Below the pieces are notes generated by a model. It did not search any database. It was not told where the DNA came from and saw only the letters and a program-made list of their open reading frames with translations. The position numbers and the translations under genes are program-made. A stretch of DNA of 63,213 nucleotides, the filler included. It is 4 parts of 4 records of this genome, joined end to end, with 100 filler letters (N's around TTAATTAATTAA, not from the genome) between each part and the next. Parts side by side here need not be neighbours in the genome. Positions count along the whole stretch, not along the records: positions 9,748 to 31,630 come from SRR2962707_4367; 3 more parts are not named here. One strand, written 5' to 3'. This document shows positions 10,316-21,816 of the stretch, piece after piece (the stretch's first letter is position 1; the number at the start of each line of letters is the position of its first letter).

Positions 10316-10795
10316 TTACGACAGCGCCTTGGACATTTTGTAATTTGTCAGCGTCACTCCGCCCTTTTCAACAGTTTGGGCACAATCGACCGACCAGCCC
10401 ATGCGTTCAAAAAACGGTCTCGCCTTTTTGCTGGCTTGAGTGGTCGCGTGCTTTACGCCAAACGCGCGTGCGCGGTCTTCCACTGCATCGTATAGTTTAC
10501 GGCCGATGCCCTGACCCATTGCATCGGGGCTGACAAAAGCCAGATCGATGTAACCCGTTTCATCAATTGTCATGAACCCCACCAATTGACCGGCGGTTTC
10601 CGCCGCAAACCCCTGCACACCGACAAACCTGTTCCGCCACCCGTCTGTGTCGGGGCTGGTACCCGCCCAGGCTTGGCGTTGTTCCGCTGAATACACATCT
10701 GCCGTTCCACGGTGAATGGCATCGAAAAATACCTGCACGGCTTGGGCGCCGTCTGTTGGTTCCAATGGCCTGATCTTGATGATGTTCCGGGTCAT
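10316..10795 (-). CDS. GNAT family N-acetyltransferase
   Basis: YIDLAFVSPDAMGQGIG acetyl-CoA motif, ARPFFERMGW. Confidence 0.85.
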   Translation of the reverse strand: MTRNIIKIRPLEPTDGAQAVQVFFDAIHRGTADVYSAEQRQAWAGTSPDTDGWRNRFVGVQGFAAETAGQLVGFMTIDETGYIDLAFVSPDAMGQGIGRKLYDAVEDRARAFGVKHATTQASKKARPFFERMGWSVDCAQTVEKGGVTLTNYKMSKALS

Positions 10796-10860
10796 TTTAG
10801 CCTAATGCACATGCTGGTGATTGAAGGCTGAACGGATTGTTCAGCAGACCGACTTTAACG

Positions 10861-10892
10861 AAAAAACCGCCCCTTGTCTCCAAGGTGCGGTT
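10861..10892 (-). terminator. Probable intrinsic terminator after rpsO
   Basis: On the minus strand an imperfect stem AACCGC..CCTTG/CAAGG..GCGGTT is followed by a T6 tract, ~30 nt after the rpsO stop. Confidence 0.6.
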
Positions 10893-10920
10893 CAATTCGT
10901 AATAGGAATGCAGTGCTAAA

Positions 10921-11190
10921 TTAGCGGCGCAGGCCCAGACGTTTGATCAGGTCTTGATAACGGGCGTCATCTTTACCTTTGACGTAATCCAAAAGCTTCC
11001 GGCGCGTCGCAACCATTTTCAACAGACCACGGCGACCGTGGTTGTCTTTCTTGTGGGTTTTGAAGTGCTCGGTCAGCGTTGCAATGCGCGAGGACAGAAT
11101 GGCAACCTGTACTTCGGGCGAACCTGTGTCGCCTTCTTTGGTGCCAAATTCTTTCATGACGCGTGCTTTTTCTTCTAGCGTAATCGACAT
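10921..11190 (-). CDS. rpsO: 30S ribosomal protein S15
   Basis: [40 protein letters not shown]. Confidence 0.98.
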   Translation of the reverse strand: MSITLEEKARVMKEFGTKEGDTGSPEVQVAILSSRIATLTEHFKTHKKDNHGRRGLLKMVATRRKLLDYVKGKDDARYQDLIKRLGLRR

Positions 11191-11217
11191 CGGGGTCTCC
11201 TTTTCAAAAGGTTAAGG

Positions 11218-11260
11218 TAATGGCGCAGGCCGGGATGTCGTCCAGCACTGGCCCATGGAG
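11218..11260 (-). promoter_or_regulatory. Putative alphaproteobacterial S15 autoregulatory leader RNA
   Basis: Minus strand ATGGGCCAGTGCTGGACGACATCCCGGCCTGCGCCAT forms a hairpin just upstream of the rpsO RBS. It resembles, from memory, the conserved alphaproteobacterial rpsO leader. Confidence 0.6.
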
Positions 11261-11391
11261 TATCCCCACCGTTTTGAATCAGCGGGCGATGGGCGCGTAT
11301 AGGAAAGTTTTGGATGCTTGGCAAAGACTTTATTGCGATGCCGCTTTCGACAATGGTTGAAATCAGATTTACGCCAGCCAAGCGCGTCAGA

Positions 11392-12345
11392 TCAGCTCAA
11401 GGCGAGCCCGGCTGCAATGGCGGAGGTCAGCGGGACAATCGAAACATCTGCGGCGGTCAAAATGTCCGCGCTTTTCACAGACGCTACAATTACCCCGTTC
11501 ATGCGCACCAGCGTTTGATCCAGATAGTCTGGGTCAGGATCAACTGAAACCTCGGGCTCGTCATAGTCTGCGCTGCGGTCATCCCAAACCAGCAACAGGC
11601 TGTCATCCTCGGGCTCGAAATCCTCTATCACGGGGGCATTTCCGTCGGTGATCCAATCACCAATGACAATGTTATCCGCACCGTCCCCGGCTGTGACAAT
11701 GTCATTTTGGCCCGCAACAATGGTATCGTCGCCGCCGCCGCCATTCAGAAAATCGCCCGCATCGTCGTCGGTAATGCCATCAACATCCGGATCATCCTCG
11801 ACCCCGATGATCAGATCATTACCCCAGCCGCCAAACAGCGCATCCGCACCTTGCCCACCGATAAGGGTATCATCGTCCAAACCACCAAGCAGCGTGTCGT
11901 CGCCGTCATCGCCAAACAGCACGTCCTCGCCTGCGGATCCCACGAGCGAATCATTTCCTGTACCACCGTACAAAACATCATTGCCGTTATGGCCAAACAG
12001 GCTGTCATCGTCGCTGCCGCCCTCGATCAGGTCATCACCATCATTGCCATGCAGATCGTCATTTCCCGCGTCGCCAGTGACGGTATCATTGCCCGCGTCG
12101 CCACGTGCATAATCGTCGCCGCTTTGACCCGCGATCAGATCGTCACCCGCGTTCCCACCGATTTGGTCATCACCGGCATCGCCGCTCAACAGGTCTGCCC
12201 CGCTCCCTCCCGAGAGTACCATCCCGTTTGTATCATTCGTATCTTCGGATAAGGATTCCTCGTCCTGATCACCATCGGGGCTAATATCGACAAAGGCCGC
12301 CGCCCCCACTGCCACCAAACCCATCAAACCGGCCAAGAACAACAT
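11392..12345 (-). CDS. Calcium-binding protein with RTX/hemolysin-type GGxGxD repeats and N-terminal membrane anchor
   Basis: Many nonapeptide repeats (GGSGADLLS, GNAGDDLIA, GGTGNDSLV, GGQGADALF); very acidic. Confidence 0.85.
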   Translation of the reverse strand: MLFLAGLMGLVAVGAAAFVDISPDGDQDEESLSEDTNDTNGMVLSGGSGADLLSGDAGDDQIGGNAGDDLIAGQSGDDYARGDAGNDTVTGDAGNDDLHGNDGDDLIEGGSDDDSLFGHNGNDVLYGGTGNDSLVGSAGEDVLFGDDGDDTLLGGLDDDTLIGGQGADALFGGWGNDLIIGVEDDPDVDGITDDDAGDFLNGGGGDDTIVAGQNDIVTAGDGADNIVIGDWITDGNAPVIEDFEPEDDSLLLVWDDRSADYDEPEVSVDPDPDYLDQTLVRMNGVIVASVKSADILTAADVSIVPLTSAIAAGLALS

Positions 12346-12454
12346 TGCAGAATTCCAATTTCATTGACCCGCGCAAGACGCATCACCCCAAGAAGAAATG
12401 CCCATATTCCCGGCCTCAGGTCAAAATCAAAACTACTTTATGGTTAAGGCCGTC

Positions 12455-12964
12455 CTAATCCAGCCACGCAACCGGTTGCTGCGCATAGGAAATATATAAG
12501 GGGTGTTTTGGATGGCCGTCTTTGGACAGCCCCAGATGGAACATGGGTATGCCCTGATTTCTGAGCAAACCCTTAACGGCAGGGCCACGACCCAGATGCG
12601 CGCCATGTGTGCCCCAGGCTGCAATCACGGTATCTGCCCACGCCGCAGCTTGCAGCAATATGGTGTCATTATCCGCGCCCACCGGCGCTTGTGCCTTGCG
12701 CATCAAATGCGGGCTGGTTTCACGCCACGCAAAAATATTCGTCACCTGAAATGCACCAAACCCCAAAGCACGCGCTCGGCGTTCACATCTTTCGACGGTG
12801 GGATCATTTGCCGCCTCGGTCGCCTTTGACGGGTTCAGCATCACGAACAAAACCTTGGACCCTGCCGAATCCCAAACCCGGCTGAGGCTGTAACGGTATC
12901 TTTCACAGTCGGAATAAACCGCGACCGATGGCGCGTCGCCTTTGATATGGCGGCGGGTAATCAC
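12455..12964 (-). CDS. DUF1643 family protein
   Basis: [40 protein letters not shown] start overlaps the truB stop (GTGA). Confidence 0.8.
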   Translation of the reverse strand: MITRRHIKGDAPSVAVYSDCERYRYSLSRVWDSAGSKVLFVMLNPSKATEAANDPTVERCERRARALGFGAFQVTNIFAWRETSPHLMRKAQAPVGADNDTILLQAAAWADTVIAAWGTHGAHLGRGPAVKGLLRNQGIPMFHLGLSKDGHPKHPLYISYAQQPVAWLD

Positions 12965-13878
12965 GGGTCCTGGGGATGGTTGAACACACGAGACGGGTGC
13001 AGCTCGCCCGCTTTGAAACGGCCAACAGCCACCGCGCGCCCCTCGAAGGACGCCCAAACCTCGTCGCCATATTCCACGTTATGGGCGATCACCATGCCGG
13101 GGTTGCCGTTGCGCAGGCGCACGGCCCCTTCCGCAGTTGCTTTTACCTCGGGCAAATCTTGCAACCCTTTCTCCAGCGGTAAAAGATGCGCATCCAATGC
13201 ATCCGTGCGGGCCATCTCTTCGATCTGTTCCATGGTCAGCCCGTCACTGGCATCGAAGGGTCCAGACCATATGCGGCGCAGTTCACGGACATGACCCAGA
13301 CATCCCAAGGCTTGCCCCAAATCACGTGCGATAGACCGGACATAGCCGCCTTTGCCGCAGACCATTTCCAACGTCACATGATCGGCGTCAGGCCGGTCGA
13401 TCAACAAAAGGCTTTCCACCCAAAGGGGGCGTGCCGCAAGGTCCATGGCCTCACCCTCGCGGGCAAGCTTATAGGCGCGTTGCCCGTCCACTTTTACGGC
13501 TGAAAACTGGGGTGGGACTTGCTCGATATCACCGATGAAACCCGCCAATGCCGCCTTGATTGTCTCGTCATCCGGGCGCAGGTCGCTGGTTTCCAGCACT
13601 TCGCCTTCCGCATCATCGGTATTGGTCGACACACCTAGGCGCACAGTAAATTCGTATGCTTTCAACGCGTCCGTGATGAAGGGAACGGTTTTCGTCGCTT
13701 CACCCAGCGCAATCGCCAAAACACCTGTCGCATCAGGGTCCAGCGTGCCCGCATGCCCGGCTTTGTTGGCGTTCAGCGCCCACCGCACCTTGTTCACCAC
13801 AGTGGTCGATGTCGGTCCGGCAGGTTTGTCCACCACCAACCAACCTGAAATATCCCGTCCCTTGCGTCTGCGCGCCAT
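12961..13878 (-). CDS. truB: tRNA pseudouridine(55) synthase
   Basis: [47 protein letters not shown]. Confidence 0.97.
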   Translation of the reverse strand: MARRRKGRDISGWLVVDKPAGPTSTTVVNKVRWALNANKAGHAGTLDPDATGVLAIALGEATKTVPFITDALKAYEFTVRLGVSTNTDDAEGEVLETSDLRPDDETIKAALAGFIGDIEQVPPQFSAVKVDGQRAYKLAREGEAMDLAARPLWVESLLLIDRPDADHVTLEMVCGKGGYVRSIARDLGQALGCLGHVRELRRIWSGPFDASDGLTMEQIEEMARTDALDAHLLPLEKGLQDLPEVKATAEGAVRLRNGNPGMVIAHNVEYGDEVWASFEGRAVAVGRFKAGELHPSRVFNHPQDP

Positions 13879-13940
13879 GTTTTAACCCTATCTGATTTGG
13901 CTGCGTCCTATCAAAGTGCTGCCATATTTGCCCAGACCGA

Positions 13941-13977
13941 CTTCATTCCAAATGGAAAAAAATCCTCGCCGAAGGCA
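13941..13977 (+). repeat. Short intergenic repeat, copy 1
   Basis: ATCCTCGCCGAAGGCA (13962-13977) is the exact reverse complement of 25166-25181; both are preceded by a CTTC..A-rich segment. Confidence 0.6.
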
Positions 13978-13999
13978 TAAAAGTTCTTGTTTCGCGACC

Positions 14000-14740
14000 C
14001 TACTGACCGGTTATCACGCCAATAATCGGCCCCAGCGGGCTAAACCCAATGTCGTTGCGCCCCAGTTCGGGCGCGCGCATCCGCGAGATGTTGCCGTCAA
14101 AATACAGTGCGTTGGGCAGCTTTAGCCGGTCGCGGAAGAACACACCGAAATCATAAAAGTTCACCACCCCGTTCGAGATCGCGAAGTATGCTTTCTTTCC
14201 ATCGGCGCTGGTCCCGACACCATTGCGCACATAGCGCGAGGTTCCGTCTTTCAGAAACTTTGGATGCAATTTGCCGTCGATCACCAGCATCGGGCCGGAT
14301 TGGGTGGCGCTTGTGCACTTGGGGGCCTGGCGCATGAACCGTTCGGTCTCAAACACATCAGCGCGGCCTGCTCGCAGGCATAAAACGCCATTGGGAACCA
14401 AGCCGAAATTGCCCGGCCCTGCGCTGCTGATCACCCGCTGCACTTGTTCGCCGTTTTCTAGGTAATAGCCAACCGGCGCGCGATTGTCGTGATACATGCC
14501 GGCATTCATCGCAAAGCCAAGCCGTTTGCCCTGTTCTTTCAGGGCTTTGTCCAATGTGCTGAAATACCCGTAGGGACTGCCATCGGCAGCATATAAAAAC
14601 AGCCCCAGCTTATCGCTGTTCAGGTCGACCTCGCAGACACTGTACTTGTTGCCTTCATAGATCTCGTTGCGGCAGGTTTCCGCGCCAGCTTGGCATGCCG
14701 TCCACCCTAGCAGCACAGCAATGGCCAGCAGGCGTGTCAT
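14000..14740 (-). CDS. Phosphodiester glycosidase family (YigE/DUF2233-like) exported protein
   Basis: Signal peptide; [36 protein letters not shown]. Confidence 0.82.
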   Translation of the reverse strand: MTRLLAIAVLLGWTACQAGAETCRNEIYEGNKYSVCEVDLNSDKLGLFLYAADGSPYGYFSTLDKALKEQGKRLGFAMNAGMYHDNRAPVGYYLENGEQVQRVISSAGPGNFGLVPNGVLCLRAGRADVFETERFMRQAPKCTSATQSGPMLVIDGKLHPKFLKDGTSRYVRNGVGTSADGKKAYFAISNGVVNFYDFGVFFRDRLKLPNALYFDGNISRMRAPELGRNDIGFSPLGPIIGVITGQ

Positions 14741-15171
14741 GACGCGTCTGGGTTCGTATCGTCTGAATCCGAATCAGGGGCATCTGCATCGCGGCGGACC
14801 ACGTCTTGTGCCAACATGCGCCGCGTGTCGTCCATCCGGTCAAAGGTCTCGTCCAGTTGAAAACGCAGATCGGGCGCGAATTTCAGGACCAGTTTCTTCG
14901 AGAGCAGCCGCCGCAGTTCACCCTTGTTGCGGGCCAGCAGCTTTAGAACGTCCTCGCGGCCTTCGCCGCCCAAAGGCAAGACAAAGGCGGTGGCGATCTT
15001 GAGGTCCGAGGACGCGCGGACCTCGCCTACTGTGATCGACAGCCGGTTGAGTTCTGGGTCGTGGACATCGCCGCGCGCCAATACATCAGACAAGGCGCGG
15101 CGAATGGTTTCGCCGACGCGGAGTTGCCGTTGAGTGGGGCCCGAGCCCTCATGAGTCTTGTTCTTTGCCAT
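14737..15171 (-). CDS. rbfA: Ribosome-binding factor A
   Basis: [36 protein letters not shown]. Confidence 0.95.
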   Translation of the reverse strand: MAKNKTHEGSGPTQRQLRVGETIRRALSDVLARGDVHDPELNRLSITVGEVRASSDLKIATAFVLPLGGEGREDVLKLLARNKGELRRLLSKKLVLKFAPDLRFQLDETFDRMDDTRRMLAQDVVRRDADAPDSDSDDTNPDAS

Positions 15172-15250
15172 ATGCTTCATCTAAGGGGTCGCTGAGGTTT
15201 TGCCAAGCAGGTCGCCACGCGCTAAACCAAGCATGAAAGAGGAGCACAGC

Positions 15251-16066
15251 ATGAGCAATACACCCGGCATCACGATTACAGGCGCTTCGGGCCGGATGGG
15301 CCAGATGTTGATTGGGCAGGTTTCTGCCAATGACCGTGTGCATTTGGTGGGCGCGCTTGAACGTGCGGGGCATCCTTGGGTGGGTCAGGACGTTGGCGTG
15401 GCCATGGGCGGTGCGGCTTTGGGTGTGATCGTGACGGATGATCCGCAGGCGGCGATTGCCCCTGCGCAGGCTGTCATCGACTTTACCGCGCCCGAGGCCA
15501 CGCTGGCATTTGCGGCGATTGCTGCACAGGCGGGCACGGTTCATGTGATCGGCACGACGGGCATGACCGATGCGCAGATCGCCCAGCTTGAACCCGCATC
15601 GCATCAGGCAGTGATCGTTCGTGCGGGCAATATGAGTCTTGGCGTTAATTTGCTGACGCAACTTACAAAACGTGTCGCAGCCGCGTTGGACGAAGATTTC
15701 GATATCGAAATCATAGAGGCACATCACAACCAGAAAGTTGATGCCCCTTCCGGCACTGCCCTGATGTTGGGCGAAGCCGCGGCCGAGGGGCGCGGCGTTG
15801 CATTGGCGGATGTCTCTGATCGAGGCCGCGACGGCATCACGGGCGCGCGCAAACGGGGTGATATCGGATTTACCGCGATTCGCGGCGGTGACATCGTCGG
15901 TGAACACGACGTGTTATTTGCTGCGGCAGGTGAGCGGATCATATTGCGGCACATCGCATCTGATCGCGCGGTTTTCGCGCGCGGCGCGATAAAGGCGGCG
16001 CTTTGGGGGCAGGGCAAATCACCTGGCCAATATGATATGCTGGATGTCTTGGGCCTGAACGATTGA
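15251..16066 (+). CDS. dapB: 4-hydroxy-tetrahydrodipicolinate reductase
   Basis: [52 protein letters not shown] before ATG 15251. Confidence 0.97.
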   Translation: MSNTPGITITGASGRMGQMLIGQVSANDRVHLVGALERAGHPWVGQDVGVAMGGAALGVIVTDDPQAAIAPAQAVIDFTAPEATLAFAAIAAQAGTVHVIGTTGMTDAQIAQLEPASHQAVIVRAGNMSLGVNLLTQLTKRVAAALDEDFDIEIIEAHHNQKVDAPSGTALMLGEAAAEGRGVALADVSDRGRDGITGARKRGDIGFTAIRGGDIVGEHDVLFAAAGERIILRHIASDRAVFARGAIKAALWGQGKSPGQYDMLDVLGLND

Positions 16067-16132
16067 AATATCTTTTAGGTTCAAAGCAACCCTAAACGCT
16101 TTGCACCTTTGCTTTGCTAGAATCGCTGTTGG

Positions 16133-16414
16133 TCAAAAATCGACAGCGATTCCCTTTTTCTCCCAATCGCCATAGCGCACGGGCTCTGGTCCGTCTCTGC
16201 CGCCCAGCTCGGGGGGCAGTTCCATCTCTTGCGCTTTTTTGCGGCGCTCTGCGGCCTCGGCCAACGCGCGTTGCGCAGCCGGGGGCAGGTCTTGTGTGAT
16301 CATGGGCAGCGGCCCCGGTGTTGGCGATGGCGGTAAATCCGGGCCGGGTTCCGGCATCGGCTGGGGATCATGGGGCGGGCGCGGCATCGGTTTTTGGCCA
16401 GCTGTGGTCATCAT
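16133..16414 (-). CDS. DUF1674 / SdhAF4-like small protein
   Basis: C-terminal ELGGRDGPEPVRYGDWEKKGIAVDF; the Pro-rich N-terminus makes the start uncertain. Confidence 0.85.
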   Translation of the reverse strand: MMTTAGQKPMPRPPHDPQPMPEPGPDLPPSPTPGPLPMITQDLPPAAQRALAEAAERRKKAQEMELPPELGGRDGPEPVRYGDWEKKGIAVDF

Positions 16415-16501
16415 CTCATCCTCTTGAGGCTACGGCCCCCTTGATATACGCCGTACATGCGCTCAGACAACCCGGGCGGTCCAAGCAAAAAGGCGTTTCG
16501 C

Positions 16502-17773
16502 ATGTCAGATACCGGCGTTCAGGCCCGCAGAAGTGCGGTTTATCTTCTGGATATGATTTTAGGAGAAGAAAGCCTGATGTCCGAGCTGTTGGCCGCAGGG
16601 GCCTTGGACAAGCTGCCCCCCGATGATCGCGCCCGCGCACAGCGGCTGGCGCTGGATACCTTGCGCGGGATGGAACGCGCGGATCGGTTGTTGCAAAAAC
16701 ATCTGTCGAAATACCCGCCGCTGACCGTACGCAATGCGTTGCGGGTCGGAACGGTTGAACTATGCCAAGGCGGTGCGGCGCATGGTGTTGTGAATGCGAT
16801 GGTCGAACTGGTCGCCAGCCACAAAAAGCTGGGTCACCTCAAGGGGCTGACCAACGCCGTATTGCGCAAGATCGCAACAGAAGGGCCCGAGGCGTGGGAG
16901 GCATTGCGCTCCCCCCGTTTGCCCAAGTGGTTGCGCGGCCCGCTGGTCGAAGCCTGGGGAGCCGAGGCCATGACAGGGATCGAAGCCGCCCATTTCGCGG
17001 GTGCGCCGCTTGATCTGACGGCCAAAAAAGACCCCGCAGCCTTGGCCGAGGCTGTTGGTGGTGTGGTGTTGCCCACCGGATCGGTGCGCGTGACGGATGC
17101 GGGCCAAGTGACCGCGATGCCCGGATTTGCCGAAGGTGACTGGTGGGTTCAAGACGCCGCCGCTGCCTTGCCCGTCAAAATACTGGCCCCGCAAAAAGGC
17201 GAGGCCGTGCTGGATCTGTGCGCCGCACCCGGCGGTAAAACGATGCAACTGGCCGCTGCAGGGGCGCAGGTCACTGCCGTTGATAGTTCAAAGCCGCGGA
17301 TGCAGCGCGTGCGTGAAAACCTTGCCCGTGTGCATTTGCCCGCTAAGGTCGTCGTCGTTGATGCGCGCCAGTTCGAGGGGCAGTTTGATGCGATCTTGCT
17401 GGATGCGCCTTGTTCCGCGACCGGAACGATCCGCCGCCACCCCGACCTGCCGCATGCCAAAGACGGTTCCGAATTCGCAGAGCTGATCGAGCTGCAATCC
17501 GAGATGATCGATCACGCGTGGTCGTTACTGAACCCCGGTGGACGCTTGGTATTTTGTACCTGTTCGCTGTTGCCGGACGAGGGCGAAGTACAAGTCGACG
17601 AGGCGCTAGAGCGGCATCCTGATATGTCGGTTGATCGCACAGCACTGGATATCGAAGGCGTTGATCCTGCGTGGATCAGCTCCGAAGGGGGGCTAAGGTT
17701 GCGGCCTGATTATTGGGCTGACCGTGGCGGCATGGACGGCTTTTATATTGCGTGTTTGCGCAAAGCGGGCTGA
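16502..17773 (+). CDS. RsmB/NOL1/NOP2/Sun family RNA m5C methyltransferase with NusB-like N-terminus
   Basis: WWVQDAAA, LDLCAAPGGKT, LLDAPCSATGTIRRHPD, FCTCSL, DGFYIA. Confidence 0.92.
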   Translation: MSDTGVQARRSAVYLLDMILGEESLMSELLAAGALDKLPPDDRARAQRLALDTLRGMERADRLLQKHLSKYPPLTVRNALRVGTVELCQGGAAHGVVNAMVELVASHKKLGHLKGLTNAVLRKIATEGPEAWEALRSPRLPKWLRGPLVEAWGAEAMTGIEAAHFAGAPLDLTAKKDPAALAEAVGGVVLPTGSVRVTDAGQVTAMPGFAEGDWWVQDAAAALPVKILAPQKGEAVLDLCAAPGGKTMQLAAAGAQVTAVDSSKPRMQRVRENLARVHLPAKVVVVDARQFEGQFDAILLDAPCSATGTIRRHPDLPHAKDGSEFAELIELQSEMIDHAWSLLNPGGRLVFCTCSLLPDEGEVQVDEALERHPDMSVDRTALDIEGVDPAWISSEGGLRLRPDYWADRGGMDGFYIACLRKAG

Positions 17774-17887
17774 CGGTTTTGCCTGAAATGGCAGGGCTGC
17801 AAAAACTGTTGGTCAAAATGCGGTGACTTGGGGGGAATCTGCGCGTATGGTTTCCCAAACGCCACCAGAGCGTACAGGGACAGCAGT

Positions 17888-19636
17888 ATGATGAGTACCA
17901 GTTTTCAGGCACGAAAAACACGCTTTTTAAATCGTTGGCACGCGCGCTCTGCGTCTAAAATGCGTGTGCAGGCCAAAGGTTTCGTGTCATCGCCCGAACC
18001 GCGCACGATTGGATCCTTTGCCCGTGGCAGGCAGCTTATTGCAGGAAACCTGCTGTTTTCAGGCACGCTGATCCAGGCACCCGATGGGGTGTCACTTTGG
18101 GACGTTGCCATCCCGGATCACGATTTTGCCGAGGAATTGCACGGATTTGCATGGCTGGATGATCTGGCCGCTGTCGGTGATCACAAAGCCCGCGAAACGG
18201 CCCAGAAATGGCTTTGGGGCTGGATTGACCAGTTCGGCAACGGGCGCGGGATCGGCTGGACGCCTGATCTGACCGGGCGGCGGTTGATCCGCTGGATCAA
18301 CCATGCCCTGTTTGTGTTGCGCGGTACCGAGCAAGACGAAAGTGACGCCTTCTATCGGTCTTTGGCCAGCCAGACCTATTTTCTGTCGCGCCGCTGGCAG
18401 GCTGCGGCCCCCGGATTGCCGCGGTTCGAAGCGTTGACCGGGTTGATTTATGCGGCGCTTTCATTGGAAGGGCTGGAAAATCTGGCCGATCCGGCGATCA
18501 AGGCGTTGGCACGTGAATGCGATGCCCGGATCGACGAACAGGGCGGGCTGCCAACCCGCAACCCCGAAGAGTTGTTACAGGTGTTTACCTTGCTAAGTTG
18601 GGCCGCAGCCGCGCTGAGCGATGCAGGGCGTGGCACCCCCAAGGCGCATATGGCCGCGATCGAGCGTATCGCGCCGACCTTGCGGACCTTGCGCCATTCG
18701 GATGGCAGTCTGGCACGGTTTCACGGTGGTGGGCGCGGGGCAGAGGGCTGGCTGGATCATGCGCTATCAACGGCCAAGATCAAAACGCGGCAGCCTGATG
18801 GGCTGTCGATGGGCTATGCGCGGCTTTCTGCGGGGCGCACCAGTGTGATCATTGACGCAAGCACGCCGCCCACTGGGGAAGAATCGGTTAATGCCCATGC
18901 CTCTGCCCTCGCGTTCGAGCTGACATCGGGGCGCAGGCCGTTGATCGTAAACTGTGGTTCGGGCGCGTCGTTTGGTGCTGAATGGCGCAGGGCCGGGCGC
19001 GCGACACCATCGCATTCTGCGCTGTCGTTGGGGGGATATTCCAGCGCGCGACTGGCCGGTCCGGATCGCCACACCGGCCAAGAGGCATTGATCGAAGGCC
19101 CGACATATGTCCCCGTTGAAATCGAGGCTATGGGCGATGGCACAAAGTTTCAGGGCGCACATAATGGGTATGTCGCGGGCTTTGGGCTGACCCACGCCCG
19201 CACGATCGAACTGACCTATGATGGCCGTGCCGTCGCGGGCGAAGATATGCTGCTGGCCCTCAAAGATTCCGAAAAGCGCCAGTTTGACCGTGAAATGGAC
19301 GCGGTAAAGCTGAAGGGTATCCCGTTCGAGATTCGTTTCCATCTGCATCCCGACGTTGATGCGACGCTTGATCTGGGCGGGGCTGCAATTTCGATGGCGC
19401 AGAAAAGCGGGGAGATTTGGGTGTTCCGTCACGATGGCACCCATAAACTGTCTTTGGAACCAAGCGTTTACCTTGAACGCAATCGCCTAAGACCGCGCGC
19501 ATCTTTGCAAATTGTGCTTGCCGGGCGCGCCACAACATATGCAACGCGGGTCAGGTGGTCCTTGTCCAAAGCGCAGGAAACTGCGATTGGCGTGCGAGAT
19601 CTGTCACTAGACGATCCCTATGATGACCAAGACTGA
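17888..19636 (+). CDS. Heparinase II/III family protein
   Basis: LHGFAWLDDL, RHSDGSLARFHGG, NAHASALAFE, LIVNCG, IRFHLHP; usual position upstream of purH in alphaproteobacteria. Confidence 0.82.
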   Translation: MMSTSFQARKTRFLNRWHARSASKMRVQAKGFVSSPEPRTIGSFARGRQLIAGNLLFSGTLIQAPDGVSLWDVAIPDHDFAEELHGFAWLDDLAAVGDHKARETAQKWLWGWIDQFGNGRGIGWTPDLTGRRLIRWINHALFVLRGTEQDESDAFYRSLASQTYFLSRRWQAAAPGLPRFEALTGLIYAALSLEGLENLADPAIKALARECDARIDEQGGLPTRNPEELLQVFTLLSWAAAALSDAGRGTPKAHMAAIERIAPTLRTLRHSDGSLARFHGGGRGAEGWLDHALSTAKIKTRQPDGLSMGYARLSAGRTSVIIDASTPPTGEESVNAHASALAFELTSGRRPLIVNCGSGASFGAEWRRAGRATPSHSALSLGGYSSARLAGPDRHTGQEALIEGPTYVPVEIEAMGDGTKFQGAHNGYVAGFGLTHARTIELTYDGRAVAGEDMLLALKDSEKRQFDREMDAVKLKGIPFEIRFHLHPDVDATLDLGGAAISMAQKSGEIWVFRHDGTHKLSLEPSVYLERNRLRPRASLQIVLAGRATTYATRVRWSLSKAQETAIGVRDLSLDDPYDDQD

Positions 19637-19651
19637 CCCAAGGAACCCCTT

Positions 19652-21238
19652 ATGCCCGATTTGTACCCCGTATCCCGCGCGCTTCTTTCTGTTTCTGACA
19701 AGACCGGATTGGTCGAACTAGGTCAGGCGTTGGCATCCCACGGGGTCGAATTGCTAAGCACCGGCGGCACCGCCAAAGCATTGCGCGACGCCGGGCTGGC
19801 CGTAAAGGACGTATCCGAGGTTACAGGATTTCCCGAAATGATGGACGGTCGGGTCAAGACCCTGCACCCAGTGGTGCATGGCGGTTTGCTGGCGTTGCGC
19901 GACAATGACGAACATGTCGCGGCGATGGATAAGCACGGGATCGGCGCAATCGATCTGGTGGTCGTCAATCTGTATCCTTTCGAGGAAACAGTCGCCAAAG
20001 GTGCCGAATACGATGAAGTGATCGAGAACATCGACATCGGTGGCCCCGCGATGATCCGTTCTGCCGCGAAGAACCACGGCTTTGTTAACGTGATCGTCGA
20101 TGTCGAAGATTACGCGGTGGTGATCAAGGAACTGGGCGAGAACAACGGCCAGACATCTTACGCCCTGCGTCAGCGGTTGGCGCAGACGGCCTATGCCCGC
20201 ACAGCGGCCTATGACACAGCCGTTAGCACATGGATGGCAGCACAGGTTGGCGGCACGCCGCGGCGTCGCACTGTTGGTGGCACATTGGCGCAGACCTTGC
20301 GCTATGGCGAAAACCCGCACCAGTCGGCGGCCTTTTACACAGACGGCTCGAACCGCCCCGGCGTTGCCACAGCAACCCAGCATCAGGGCAAAGAACTGTC
20401 CTATAATAACATCAACGACACGGATGCAGCTTACGAACTGGTCAGCGAATTTGACCCGGCCCAAGGGCCTGCCTGCGCGATCATCAAGCACGCAAACCCT
20501 TGCGGTGTGGCGCGTGGTACGTCGATGGTGGATGCCTATTCCCGTGCATTCGATTGCGACCGCACGTCGGCCTTTGGGGGGATTATCGCGCTGAACCAGA
20601 CGCTGGACGGTGAAACCGCCGAAGCGATCAGCGAAATCTTTACCGAAGTTGTGATTGCCCCCGGTGCGACCGACGACGCCAAGGCGATCTTTGCCAAGAA
20701 AAAGAACCTGCGTTTGCTGACCACCAACGGTCTGGCGGACCCGACAGTGGCTGCGCTGGCGTTCCGTCAGGTTTCCGGCGGCTATCTGGTGCAGGACAAG
20801 GACGTTGGCCGGATCACCATGGACGATCTGAAGATCGTGACCAAGCGCCAGCCGTCGGATCAGGAGCTGGCCGATATGATGTTTGCATGGACCGTTGCCA
20901 AACACGTCAAATCCAACGCGATCATCTATGTCAAAGACGGTGCGACCGTTGGCGTTGGTGCCGGCCAGATGAGCCGCGTTGACAGCACGCGCATCGCGGC
21001 ACGCAAGGCGCAAGACATGGCCGAAGTCATGGGCCTGCCTGCGCCATTGACCCAAGGGTCGGTTGTGGCGTCGGACGCGTTCTTCCCCTTTGCGGACGGT
21101 CTGATCACTGCAGCCGAGGCCGGTGCGACAGCACTGATCCAGCCCGGTGGTTCCATGCGCGATGACGAGGTAATTGCAGCGGCAGACGAGGCAGGGCTTG
21201 CCATGGTCTTTACCGGCATGCGCCATTTCCGGCACTAA
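19652..21238 (+). CDS. purH: Bifunctional AICAR formyltransferase/IMP cyclohydrolase
   Basis: [55 protein letters not shown]. Confidence 0.98.
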   Translation: MPDLYPVSRALLSVSDKTGLVELGQALASHGVELLSTGGTAKALRDAGLAVKDVSEVTGFPEMMDGRVKTLHPVVHGGLLALRDNDEHVAAMDKHGIGAIDLVVVNLYPFEETVAKGAEYDEVIENIDIGGPAMIRSAAKNHGFVNVIVDVEDYAVVIKELGENNGQTSYALRQRLAQTAYARTAAYDTAVSTWMAAQVGGTPRRRTVGGTLAQTLRYGENPHQSAAFYTDGSNRPGVATATQHQGKELSYNNINDTDAAYELVSEFDPAQGPACAIIKHANPCGVARGTSMVDAYSRAFDCDRTSAFGGIIALNQTLDGETAEAISEIFTEVVIAPGATDDAKAIFAKKKNLRLLTTNGLADPTVAALAFRQVSGGYLVQDKDVGRITMDDLKIVTKRQPSDQELADMMFAWTVAKHVKSNAIIYVKDGATVGVGAGQMSRVDSTRIAARKAQDMAEVMGLPAPLTQGSVVASDAFFPFADGLITAAEAGATALIQPGGSMRDDEVIAAADEAGLAMVFTGMRHFRH

Positions 21239-21267
21239 CGGTCAAAGTACAGGTTACAAGGGTCGGT

Positions 21268-21765
21268 ATGCGTATCATTTTCTGGGCTGGTTTCACGGCC
21301 TTTATTCTGGATCAGCTTAGCAAATACATCGTGATCCACGCGATGGAGCTAAGCCGTATCCGCACGATTGATGTGCTGCCGCCCTTGATCAATTTCCGCT
21401 ACGGGGAAAACCGGGGCATCAACTTTGGCTTGTTTGGCGACGGTTCGGACGCAAGCCGTTGGATTTTGATCGCGCTGGCCTGCGCGATATGTCTGGGTAT
21501 TCTGGTTTGGGCCTACCGGCACGCCATGGGCTATTGGGCCAAGGTTAGCGCGGGCTTGCTGATCGGTGGCGCATTGGCGAATGTCGTGGACCGGCTGCTA
21601 TATGGCTATGTTCTTGATTTTCTGAACATGTCCTGCTGCGGGATCAACAACCCGTTCGTCTTTAACATCGCGGATGTGTTTATCTTTGCGGGCGCTTTCG
21701 GATTGATATTCTTTACGTCCGATTCCAAGACTGCGTCCAATAAACCCCTTAAAAAAGGCCAGTGA
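21268..21765 (+). CDS. lspA: Signal peptidase II
   Basis: DQLSK, NRGINFG, GGALANVVDR, V.DF, FNIAD. Confidence 0.95.
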   Translation: MRIIFWAGFTAFILDQLSKYIVIHAMELSRIRTIDVLPPLINFRYGENRGINFGLFGDGSDASRWILIALACAICLGILVWAYRHAMGYWAKVSAGLLIGGALANVVDRLLYGYVLDFLNMSCCGINNPFVFNIADVFIFAGAFGLIFFTSDSKTASNKPLKKGQ

Positions 21766-21816
21766 CATTTGCCGCCTGCCTGCGGTAGGTATGTGCAGAC
21801 CTCAAGGAGACCCGTC

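Noticed and set aside
19754-21235. 493-aa antisense ORF, also 25774-27081, 22715-23803 and 169-1116
   Set aside because: Shadow frames of well-conserved GC-rich genes (purH, ALDHs, M16 peptidase) with no recognisable motifs.
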